64,000 nt of DNA from an uncultured Thermoleophilaceae bacterium. GTDB lineage: Bacteria > Actinomycetota > Thermoleophilia > Solirubrobacterales > Thermoleophilaceae. This document shows positions 46,847-55,830 of the stretch, piece by piece (the first letter of the stretch is position 1; each line of letters opens with the position of its first letter). The position numbers and the translations under genes are program-made. The stretch lies in NCBI GenBank assembly GCA_963849605.1, contig CAWKHX010000002.1, forward strand, positions 398,424-462,423, read 5' to 3'. The notes beneath the pieces were generated by a model, which was not told the DNA's origin, did not search any database, and was given only the letters and a program-made list of their open reading frames with translations.

Positions 46847-48763
46847 ATGACCACGACTGCAGAGGAGCCGGCGCGACCAACGTCGGTGAACGTGCTCGCG
46901 CTAGCGGCGCTCGGGGTCGTCTTCGGCGACATCGGGACGAGCCCGCTGTACGCGATGCAGGCCACCTTCGCCGAGGACGGCGGTGGGGTGAAGGTGACAG
47001 AGGCAGACGTCTACGGAGTGATCTCGCTCGTGGCCTGGTCGCTGACGCTGATGGTCTCGATCAAGTTCGTCACGTTCATCATGCGCGCCGACAACGAGGG
47101 CGAGGGCGGCGTAATGGCGCTCTTCGCGCTTCTGCGCCGCGCCGATATCGGCGGCCGCAGGGTGAAGCTGTCGCTCTTGTCCGCGGGCCTTGTCGGCGTC
47201 GCCCTCTTCTACGCGGACGGGATGCTCACGCCAGCGATCTCGGTGCTATCGGCGGTAGAGGGCATCGAAGTCGCGGCCCCGAGCTTGTCGTCGATCATCC
47301 TGCCCTGCACCATCGCGGTGGTGGCCGGACTGTTCGCGATCCAGCGCCACGGCACGACAACTGTCGGGCGCCTGTTCGCGCCGATCATCGGCCTGTGGTT
47401 CGCGGCACTCGCAGCGGCCGGCATCGCGGAGATCGTCAAGCATCCGGACGCGCTGCTCGGCCTGTCACCGACCTATGCCGTCGAGTTCTTCGCGGCACAG
47501 CCGCTGGAGGCGTTCCTCGCACTCGGTGCGGTCGTGCTCGTCTTCACCGGGTCGGAAGCACTGTACGCGGACATGGGCCACTTCGGCCGCCGTGCGATCA
47601 GCCGGGCATGGTTCTTCGTCGCGTTCCCGGCGCTGATGCTCAACTACGTCGGCCAGGCGTCGCTCATCCTCCACTCGCCCGACGCCGTCTCTAACCCCTT
47701 CTACCTCTTGATCCCGGACTGGTCGCGGGTGCCGATGATCGTGCTGGCTACCTGCGCGACGCTGATCGCCTCTCAGGCGGTCATCTCGGGCGCGTTCTCG
47801 GTGACGCGGCAGGTCGTCCAGCTCGGCTTCCTGCCACGCGTCGACATCAAGCACACCTCCGCGGAGACGATCGGGCAGGTCTACCTCCCGGCCGTCAACT
47901 GGACGCTGTTCGTCTTGGTCGTCGGGGTCGTGCTCAGCTTCGGCTCCTCGTCGCAGCTCGCAACCGCCTACGGCATCGCCGTCACCGGCACGCTCCTGAT
48001 CGACTCGATCCTGTTCCTGGCCGTCGCGCGTGTGCTGTGGCGAAAGCCGCGCTGGATGATCGCCGCCGGGATCATCGGGTTCGTCGCCGCCGATCTCCTC
48101 TTTCTCGCCGCCAACCTGCCCAAGATCACCCACGGCGGCTGGTTCCCTCTGCTTGTCGGCGCCGTCGTCCTCCTGCTGCTCACGACCTGGGACCAAGGCC
48201 GCCGGCGCGTAACCGACCGCCGCGTCGCCGCCGAGGGGCCGCTGCGCGGCTTCATCGAGGAGATGCACAGCGGAAGGCGGCCCGCGACACAGCTGCCGGG
48301 GGCCGCTGTCTACTTGAACCCGTCGCCCGACACGACACCGCTGGCGCTGCGCGTCAGCCAGACACGCCTCCACGCGATCCCCGAAGAGGTCGTGATCGTG
48401 ACCGTCGAGACCACGAACCAGCCGCACGTCCGGCCCGTAGAAAGGATCGTGTGGGACGACCTCGGCTACGCCCACGACGGCTACAGCCACATGACACTGC
48501 GATTCGGCTACCAAGACGCCCCCGACGTGCCAAGGGCGCTCGGCGCGGCGCGACGGGCCGACCTCCTGGAGGTGGACTTCAACCCCTACCACGCGACCTA
48601 CTACCTCTCGCAGATGAGCCTCGTTCCCACCGACGAAGGCGGGATGCCGCGCTGGCGCAAAGCCCTTTTCATGGCGATGGCCCGCAACGCAGCCAGTCCC
48701 GCCAGCTACTTCAACCTGCCCCCCGAGCGTGTAGTCACGCTCGGCTCACAGATCCGGTTCTGA
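46847..48763 (+). CDS. kup: KUP/HAK/KT potassium uptake transporter
   Basis: LGVVFGDIGTSPLYAM and GEGGVMAL signatures. 638 aa. Confidence 0.9.
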   Translation: MTTTAEEPARPTSVNVLALAALGVVFGDIGTSPLYAMQATFAEDGGGVKVTEADVYGVISLVAWSLTLMVSIKFVTFIMRADNEGEGGVMALFALLRRADIGGRRVKLSLLSAGLVGVALFYADGMLTPAISVLSAVEGIEVAAPSLSSIILPCTIAVVAGLFAIQRHGTTTVGRLFAPIIGLWFAALAAAGIAEIVKHPDALLGLSPTYAVEFFAAQPLEAFLALGAVVLVFTGSEALYADMGHFGRRAISRAWFFVAFPALMLNYVGQASLILHSPDAVSNPFYLLIPDWSRVPMIVLATCATLIASQAVISGAFSVTRQVVQLGFLPRVDIKHTSAETIGQVYLPAVNWTLFVLVVGVVLSFGSSSQLATAYGIAVTGTLLIDSILFLAVARVLWRKPRWMIAAGIIGFVAADLLFLAANLPKITHGGWFPLLVGAVVLLLLTTWDQGRRRVTDRRVAAEGPLRGFIEEMHSGRRPATQLPGAAVYLNPSPDTTPLALRVSQTRLHAIPEEVVIVTVETTNQPHVRPVERIVWDDLGYAHDGYSHMTLRFGYQDAPDVPRALGAARRADLLEVDFNPYHATYYLSQMSLVPTDEGGMPRWRKALFMAMARNAASPASYFNLPPERVVTLGSQIRF

Positions 48764-48767
48764 GCAC

Positions 48768-49178
48768 ATGCTGACGAGCACGATCGTCGTCGGCTACACC
48801 GCGAGCGACGGAGCTGCCAGAGCACTCGCGCAGGCGGCCCAGCTCGTCGAGCCCCCGGGCAAACTCCTAATCGTGCACGTGCTCGAGCCCGCGCAGGCCA
48901 TCAGCTCGCGCATCGAACCGGTCACGCTCAAGAAACGCCAAGGTCAGCGCGCCATCCTGGAGCACGCCCGAAGGCTTGCCGATCCAGCCGGTACCGACAT
49001 CGAGACGATCCCGGCAGTCGGAGACCCAGCTCCCGAGCTCTTGCGGATCGCCGACGAACGTGGCGCCGGGCTAATCGCGGTCGGACGCGGGCGGGCGCAT
49101 CGCCTGGAACTCCGGCGCCAGTCCGTCTGCGAGAAACTCTTGCGCGAAACGAGTAGGTGCGTACTCGTCGTGCCATAA
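48768..49178 (+). CDS. universal stress protein
   Basis: IVVGYTASDGA.., LIAVGRGR.., CVLVVP. Confidence 0.8.
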   Translation: MLTSTIVVGYTASDGAARALAQAAQLVEPPGKLLIVHVLEPAQAISSRIEPVTLKKRQGQRAILEHARRLADPAGTDIETIPAVGDPAPELLRIADERGAGLIAVGRGRAHRLELRRQSVCEKLLRETSRCVLVVP

Positions 49179-49220
49179 CCGCAGAGGGGCTCGCGTCGCG
49201 TGCCGCGGTGGCTTACACAA

Positions 49221-49243
49221 ATTGAGGCCATATTGAGACCACG
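49221..49243 (+). repeat. tandem ATTGAGGCCAT / ATTGAGACCACG pair, related to 42228-42251
   Basis: Seen directly. Lies at the tRNA-proximal end of island B, in the same orientation as the distal pair. Confidence 0.55.
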
Positions 49244-49500
49244 GGCGAGACCGCTGGCCCGCGCGTGTACTCAGAAGGCAGGCCGTTGCAGGGGTTTTCC
49301 ACTTGAGACTACGAGAGGTCCGGGTCGGACCCCGAAATGGAGACCAGGAGCTCACTTGCGGCACTCGAACCCCCCAAACCATCGTTTTTGCAGCGCTTTC
49401 CACGTAAGGCCGCTAGGAGACCCGGCCGGACTCTCAAGCGAAGACCAAGCACTCACATTCGGCCGCTAAGCGTCTGAAACCCCTGATTTGCAGGGAAAAG

Positions 49501-49544
49501 GGTGAGCGACGGGACTCGAACCCGCGACCGCCTGGACCACAACC
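49501..49544 (-). repeat. 44-nt exact copy of the tRNA-His 3' half (att-like, copy 2)
   Basis: Identical to copies 1 and 3. It also shares the flanking AG (49545-49546) and the nearby TTGCAGGG motif with copy 3. Confidence 0.9.
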
Positions 49545-49673
49545 AGTGGGTAATGGGTCAGGTGAGTCCTATCTGCGCTTGCTAGAGCGGATCACATCCT
49601 CTGAGGTCATCTCAGTTCCGCTCATATTGGAGCCACCAACGGAGCCACGCTGACGCTCCCGTCGCGATTGCCA

Positions 49674-50081
49674 TCAGCGTTTCGCGTTCCGGCCAGAGCT
49701 AGCGCCACGCGTTGTCTTCGCAGCGGCACCGGACGCCGGCCTCGACGCCCGCTGCTTTCGGGCTTCTCGGCGTGGTGCGGCACCGACGAGCGACACCGAG
49801 CGGTCTCCGAAGACGGCCTCGATCTTCAACTTCCCGCCGAGCGCGCCGACGTAGCCGGCCAAGGTCGACAGGTGGATGTCGCCCTCGCGCTCGATCCGCG
49901 AGATGTTCGCCTGGGACACCTTCATCCGTTTCGCGAGCTCGGTCTGGCTCACCCCGCGCTCACCGCGCGCGTCAGCAAGCTCAAGCGCGACCTCCATCGC
50001 CCGCTTGTGCTCGTCGACCCGCGCCCGCCGCTTCGGATCGCGGTCGATCGGGTCACTCAGCTTCTTGAACTTGTTAGCCAT
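49674..50081 (-). CDS. higA: XRE-family HTH antitoxin (HigA-like) with basic C-terminal tail
   Basis: HTH VSQTELAKRMKVSQANISRIE. Lies downstream of the toxin with a 1-nt overlap (TGATG). Confidence 0.7.
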   Translation of the reverse strand: MANKFKKLSDPIDRDPKRRARVDEHKRAMEVALELADARGERGVSQTELAKRMKVSQANISRIEREGDIHLSTLAGYVGALGGKLKIEAVFGDRSVSLVGAAPRREARKQRASRPASGAAAKTTRGASSGRNAKR

Positions 50082-50431
50082 CAGATCTCCCCTTCGCGCC
50101 GTAGCTGGTCGAGGTGCTCCGCATAGAGCCTGTCCGCCTCCGGGATCATCCGGCGGTACCAGTCAGTCCACTCACCGCGCTTGTCGCCCCCGATCAACAG
50201 GATCGCCGACCGGCGCGGATCGAACGCGAACAACACGCGGATCGTGCCCGCCCTGAGCTCCTTCATGTTCTTGTGTCGTGAGCCCTCGAGCGTGTCGACG
50301 GCCGGCCTCCCGAGCGCCGGGCCACGCTCCTCGAGCAGCTCGACAGCCGCCCGCAACAGCTCTTGGTCGCTGGCGCTCAGGGAGTCCCACCAATCGCCGA
50401 ACTCGTCTGTGTACTCGACGTCCCATGACAC
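50081..50431 (-). CDS. higB: RelE/ParE-superfamily toxin (HigB / Gp49-like)
   Basis: 116 aa, ..MKELRAGTIRVLFAFDPRRSAILLIGGDKRG... Toxin-first gene order as in higBA. Confidence 0.7.
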   Translation of the reverse strand: MSWDVEYTDEFGDWWDSLSASDQELLRAAVELLEERGPALGRPAVDTLEGSRHKNMKELRAGTIRVLFAFDPRRSAILLIGGDKRGEWTDWYRRMIPEADRLYAEHLDQLRREGEI

Positions 50432-50531
50432 GACCGAAGTATAACGTCAACATTGTAGAACGCAAGCATTGTTACAAAAGTTGTTACTTTCGTCGCCAAC
50501 CGGCAACACACGAGCACGTACCGTGGGCCGA
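50432..50531. promoter_or_regulatory. AT-richer divergent promoter/operator region of higBA
   Basis: On the minus strand: TTGCGT, 16 nt, TATACT, then 11 nt to the higB ATG (near-leaderless). Direct GTAACAA x2 and ACAATG x2 repeats lie just upstream. Confidence 0.4.
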
Positions 50532-50855
50532 ATGAGACGCACGATCACGGCCTCTGACTTCGGTTGGCCCGAGCCCATCCCGGAACAGCTTGAGCAGCGC
50601 AAGCGAATCTCCGACCGAGCCGTGTTGCTCGGCCACATCGACCACATCATTCGTCCGCCAGCCTGGGTCTACGAGGAGATGGAGCTGGCGATTAGGCACG
50701 CCCTCGCAGGCAATCGCACGGCGAAGATCGAAAGCCGCGACGGCAGCGACTACGTCGCCGCCGACTTGCTCGAGCGCTGGGAACTCGAGGAACTGCTTGA
50801 GACGTACGCCCGACCGGCAGACGACCCCGGTTATCGCGACGGTCGGGGTCTTTAG
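50532..50855 (+). CDS. hypothetical protein (107 aa)
   Basis: In-frame ATG 50532 (MRRTITASDFGWPEP..) within track ORF 50469..50855. Confidence 0.5.
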   Translation: MRRTITASDFGWPEPIPEQLEQRKRISDRAVLLGHIDHIIRPPAWVYEEMELAIRHALAGNRTAKIESRDGSDYVAADLLERWELEELLETYARPADDPGYRDGRGL

Positions 50856-51081
50856 GGTCCCTGATGGGTCCTAACTCGAACCCGAACGCCGGTCCGGTTC
50901 TAGCTTTGCTTCAGTGCCTTGATCGGCGAACTCGAGCGCCCTGATCGAGCAGGCCGCCCGCGTCCTTCCGCCGCGTGCGGCCTCGCCCACTCGTGATCGT
51001 CTTCGGATCGAGCGCTCGCAACGAAGGACGCTGACCTGCGTGTCGAAGCTCGTGACCGCCCCACGCCCTCGCCGACCGGGC

Positions 51082-51861
51082 TCAGGGAGTGCCGGTGCCC
51101 GGCGCGCAGCCGGCCTGGTCGAGACAGCGTCCTTGCATGTCGATGTGGCTGACGTCGACGCTCTCTAGCTGCCGGCCATCTGCGTCGTAGGCAACCATTC
51201 TCTCCAGGGCGCGCCAGCCGTCGACCATCAGGACGAATCCGCCGTTTACGCCCGCGTCAACAAGCGGTGCCCCGTTGGCGTACTCGAGCTCGACCCGATC
51301 GACCGAGCGCGCTGTGACGCCAAGGAGCGGAAAGCGGCCTCGTTGGTCGAAGAACTCCCCCGACCCGACGGGTGTCGGTCCAAGGACGACGGCCGCGTGC
51401 TCATCGAACCGCTCGCGCCAGCCCTCAATCGTGGCACCGATTCCGACGCCCTTGTCGAGGGCGAAGTCCAGGACTGTCTCTCCGCCGGGCAGCCGGTGTC
51501 GTGTCACGTAGAGCCCTATACCGTCGGTCTCGGCGATGCGACGGCCCCCTTGCTCTCGCACCCATGCTGGCGCGTCGTCTTCCGGCCGCAGGGCGCGTCC
51601 CGGCGCGTCGTCATCCTCGCCCGCGACCCAGCCCGCGAACGCGCCCGTGAGGTCGTCGATTGCGGCGCGCGTCGTCGGGACCGCGTACGCACCGCCACTC
51701 GCGAGGACGACGATGGCCGACATAATCGCCAGCGTCCGTAGCCCCGGGGTACGGCCGCCACCCATCAGTGAGGGGCGCCTGCGTGCTGTTTCGTCTTCGG
51801 CGGCCACGCGGGCGAACTCGCCTGCGAGGTCGTTGAGAAATTGAGTACGGTGCTTGGTCAC
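51082..51861 (-). CDS. putative single-pass anti-sigma factor
   Basis: Overlaps the ECF sigma gene stop by 4 nt. It has a short cytoplasmic N-terminus, one TM helix (LAIMSAIVVLASGGAYAV) and an extracytoplasmic domain. Confidence 0.6.
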   Translation of the reverse strand: MTKHRTQFLNDLAGEFARVAAEDETARRRPSLMGGGRTPGLRTLAIMSAIVVLASGGAYAVPTTRAAIDDLTGAFAGWVAGEDDDAPGRALRPEDDAPAWVREQGGRRIAETDGIGLYVTRHRLPGGETVLDFALDKGVGIGATIEGWRERFDEHAAVVLGPTPVGSGEFFDQRGRFPLLGVTARSVDRVELEYANGAPLVDAGVNGGFVLMVDGWRALERMVAYDADGRQLESVDVSHIDMQGRCLDQAGCAPGTGTP

Positions 51862-52433
51862 GGTGCGACCTCCGGTCGGGCGTTCATGTCAACGGCGTCG
51901 GCCAGGCGGCGCAGAGCCCGCGAGACGCGCGCGCGGGCGGTTTGCTCTGATATGCCGAGTGTGTCGGCGACCTCCGGGTAGGGCCTCTCCTCGATGATCC
52001 TCAGGCGAAGGGCCTCGCGCTGGTCGCCGGATAAGTCTGAGAACGCGGTGGCGATCCGACCGCGCAGATCCGCCAGTCCAGCTAGCTCAACCACCCTTCC
52101 GTAGTCATCGTCGGCGATGGGGGGCACCTGAATGCCGAGGCGCTCGACCGCCTTGCGCCGCACCATGCCCTTGCGGTTGTAGTGGCTCAGCTGGTGGCGG
52201 GCGATCCCATAGAGCCAACCCGCTGCCTCTGCGTCGGCAGAGCCGCGAAAGCGGCGGCGGTGCATGAACGCCTGCGCAAACGTCTCGGCGGTGAGGTCAC
52301 GCGCCACCTCGATGTCGAAGGTGCGCCGAGCGAAGAAGACAAGCAACTCGTCAGCGGTTGCACCGTAAACCTCCTCGAATGCGGAGGGATCGGTGCGTGC
52401 TCGCCGCAGGCTGGCTGCAAGTCCAATTGTCAT
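51858..52433 (-). CDS. ECF-type RNA polymerase sigma factor
   Basis: Region 2 (..DLTAETFAQAF..WLYGIARH) and region 4 (LSGDQREALRLRIIEERPYPEVADTLGISEQTARARVSRALRRL). Confidence 0.85.
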   Translation of the reverse strand: MTIGLAASLRRARTDPSAFEEVYGATADELLVFFARRTFDIEVARDLTAETFAQAFMHRRRFRGSADAEAAGWLYGIARHQLSHYNRKGMVRRKAVERLGIQVPPIADDDYGRVVELAGLADLRGRIATAFSDLSGDQREALRLRIIEERPYPEVADTLGISEQTARARVSRALRRLADAVDMNARPEVAP

Positions 52434-52574
52434 CTCAGCGTATAGGTGCCACAACCCCGTCCGTCTGTGACGAGCTCGAGCCACCGGCCCCCACGGTGGG
52501 CCGGAACGGCAACCGTCTTACCCCCCGGGAGTCGCCGTGCCGAGCCGCAGGTCGAAGGCAAAAAGATCTTGCAG

Positions 52575-53126
52575 CTACGGCTTCTCGGCGGAGAACACCG
52601 AGAAGATCCCGCTGGTATGGATTCCCACGTTTACGAAACCAGCAGAGTGGAGCCATTCCCGCAGCGCGCGCTCATCGCCGACGCAACCGAAACCGCCGAC
52701 ACCGGGTCTGACTCTGAGCCGATCCAGCAGCCGCTCGCCGCGGACAATCGTCGAGCCGACTAGTTGACCGCTCGGCCGAAGGCAGCGCGCCGCTTCGTGC
52801 AGCGCAGCTTCGGGATGATCGAAGCAATGCAGACCGAAATACGACAGGAAGAGATCGGCCTCGCCATCCGACAGCGGCAGGCTGCTCGCGTCCGCGTCCG
52901 CGAAGACCGGCTGTAGCAGGCCGCGCGCTGCTGCCCTCCGGCGGGCGCGCGCGAGCATTGCGGGCACGAGGTCGAAGCCGAGGTAGCGCACGCGCTGCTC
53001 GGGGCGCACTCGCCTAAGCGCCACACCAGAACCACACGGACAGTCCACGATCGTCGACTCATCCGGCACATCGCCGATCGCTTGCATGCTGGCGTAGTAA
53101 GGGCGGATGTCACTCCCCCAGATCAC
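52575..53126 (-). CDS. class I SAM-dependent methyltransferase (N-terminus unresolved)
   Basis: Motif I VDCPCGSG and a Methyltransf_11-like core. The frame is open and coding-like up to about 53270, but the first canonical start is GTG 53126. Confidence 0.65.
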   Translation of the reverse strand: MIWGSDIRPYYASMQAIGDVPDESTIVDCPCGSGVALRRVRPEQRVRYLGFDLVPAMLARARRRAAARGLLQPVFADADASSLPLSDGEADLFLSYFGLHCFDHPEAALHEAARCLRPSGQLVGSTIVRGERLLDRLRVRPGVGGFGCVGDERALREWLHSAGFVNVGIHTSGIFSVFSAEKP

Positions 53127-53613
53127 GCCTGCAACGAGGCGCGACAGGCGCTCGCGCTCGATGTAGCCGCTGTAGCCCGCTCCGAACAGCCCAGAAAACA
53201 GCTTGCGGTTTCGCTCGACGGCAGCCGTGATGACCGGGGTACGGGCGCGCCCGCGACCTGGCTCAAGCGGCGCTTCTGCTCAACTCGAAAAGGAGGCGTC
53301 TCGATCCGCTCATCGAGGCGCCCGCCTTGGACGAGGAGCAGGTGCCAGATGCTTGCGCCCGATTACTCCTGCTTCGCGCGAGAACCAGACGCAGCTCCCG
53401 GCATTCCCTCAGCGTTCAGCGCAAACGAAGGCACGAATGGAACAGCGGTGGTCCAGGCGGTCCCTGGCCGTCCAAGCGATCCGTGAAAGTGGCTAGTTTG
53501 CAGGGAGTTCCAGGCAGAACGGCCTCACGCGTTAGGTGACACGGAACTCCACTCCTTGGTCACAGGCCCTTGTCGTCTGGCCGACACAGACCGCCAGTTT
53601 GCAGGGATTTAGG

Positions 53614-53687
53614 GGTGAGCGACGGGACTCGAACCCGCGACCGCCTGGACCACAACCAGGAGCTCTACCAACTGAGCTACGCCCACC
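53614..53687 (-). tRNA. tRNA-His: tRNA-His (anticodon GUG) with encoded G-1
   Basis: Hand-folded cloverleaf: G-1, acceptor GTGGGCG/CGCTCAC, anticodon loop TTGTGGT, T-loop TTCGAGT, discriminator C. Confidence 0.9.
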
Positions 53688-53723
53688 AGGCGTGAGCCAA
53701 TCTAGCAGCGGTTCGGGGCGTTG

Positions 53724-54002
53724 CTAGAGCGGCGGAGTGATGACCGGGACGGCCTCCTCGGCGACCGCCTCGACCACCTCGGACGGCTCCGACTCCTCGC
53801 GCGCGCACACGATTCGGAAGGCGCCGGTGCCGATCTCAGGGTCGGGGCGGACCGGCAGCCCGCGGATCGTGTCCCAGCCCAGCCGCTCGACCTCGAACGG
53901 ATTCATCGCAACCGCAACAGCGGGAAATGGGCAGTTGGAGTTATGTGCGTCTATCGCACGACTGATCGCTTCGAGATTCTTGACCTCGGAGTCCTTCGCC
54001 AT
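53724..54002 (-). CDS. small hypothetical protein (92 aa)
   Basis: ATG 54002 (MAKDSEVKNLEAISRAIDAH..) lies 2 nt after the upstream stop. High GC3. Confidence 0.55.
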   Translation of the reverse strand: MAKDSEVKNLEAISRAIDAHNSNCPFPAVAVAMNPFEVERLGWDTIRGLPVRPDPEIGTGAFRIVCAREESEPSEVVEAVAEEAVPVITPPL

Positions 54003-54004
54003 CG

Positions 54005-54976
<972 letters not shown>

Positions 54977-55001
54977 TCGCTGGAGCGTACCGACCGAGGG
55001 G

Positions 55002-55310
55002 TCAGTCGCGGATCGTGAAGTGCGAGTGCAGGCCGGTCAGCTCGAGCAGCCTCATCACGGGCGCACTGGGCCTCGTCAGCACCACCTCGAGGTTCCTTTC
55101 GTGCGCTCGGTTGTTGAGCCGCACCAGCTCCTGGAGGCCGGACGAGTCCATGAAGACCACGTCGCGCAGGTCGATCTCCGCGCGCTCCCAGGGCTCGGAC
55201 GCCCCCTCCACCGCCTCGCGGAAATTGCCCACCGAGCCCATGTCGAACTCGCCCGCGAGCTTGACCATGAGGGTGGTCCCCTCGACCTTCGTCTCGATCT
55301 TGAGCAACAT
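55002..55310 (-). CDS. STAS-domain anti-sigma-factor antagonist
   Basis: 102 aa, ..[17 protein letters not shown].. (SpoIIAA-like). Confidence 0.8.
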   Translation of the reverse strand: MLLKIETKVEGTTLMVKLAGEFDMGSVGNFREAVEGASEPWERAEIDLRDVVFMDSSGLQELVRLNNRAHERNLEVVLTRPSAPVMRLLELTGLHSHFTIRD

Positions 55311-55317
55311 CTCGAAG

Positions 55318-55390
55318 CGCCCCGGGCAGGATTCGAACCTGCGGCCCGCTGCTTAGAAGGCAGCCGCTCTGTCCACTGAGCTACCGGGGC
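55318..55390 (-). tRNA. tRNA-Arg: tRNA-Arg (anticodon UCU)
   Basis: Hand-folded: acceptor GCCCCGG/CCGGGGC, anticodon loop CTTCTAA, T-loop TTCGAAT. Confidence 0.85.
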
Positions 55391-55829
55391 CATCCATCAG
55401 GGTAAGGCGTACGGCGGGGGATCCAGCGGGGGACGTTCGCCTTGTAGCGCCGGTATTCCTCCCCGAAGCGGCGCTCGACCGCCGGCTCCTCGTACGCGAC
55501 GAAGAACACCTGGTTGACCACCACGAAGATCGCCGCCCAGATCGCGATCGCGGTCGAGCCGAAGATCAGCGCCTCCCCGAGCAGCACCGCAAGGACTCCG
55601 GCGATCATCGGGTTGCGCATGCGCATAGGGCCCTCGGCGACGAGCGTCGGTCGGTCCCATGGCGCGAGCGTCCCTCCCGATGCGCGCGAACGGTCCAGCC
55701 GAACCCGCAACGAGCGGACCCGACGACCGAGCGGTCGACTCCGTTCCGCGCAATCAGGACCGCCGGCACGACGACCGCGACCGTGCAAGGCAACAGCACA
55801 ATCGCCCGCGCATGTCGCCAGGCGGCCAA
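55381..55829 (-). pseudogene. ICMT/PEMT-like membrane methyltransferase, frame change near 55672-55695
   Basis: C-terminus ..GGTLAPWDRPTLVAEGPMRMRNPMIAG..FGEEYRRY is in the frame of ORF 55381. N-terminus ..AIVLLPCTVAVVVPAVLIARNG.. is in the frame of ORF 55605. The gene is wedged between two tRNA genes. Confidence 0.6.
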
Positions 55830-55830
55830 G

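Larger units (their letters stand above)
42092..49544. mobile_element. putative integrase-less genomic island B (K+/Na+ homeostasis cargo)
   Basis: Bounded by att-like copies 1 and 2. Its ends are homologous to those of island A. No recombinase ORF was seen. Confidence 0.55.
49501..53657. mobile_element. putative integrase-less genomic island A (HigBA, ECF sigma/anti-sigma, methyltransferase)
   Basis: Bounded by att-like copy 2 and the intact tRNA-His gene. No recombinase ORF was seen. Confidence 0.55.
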
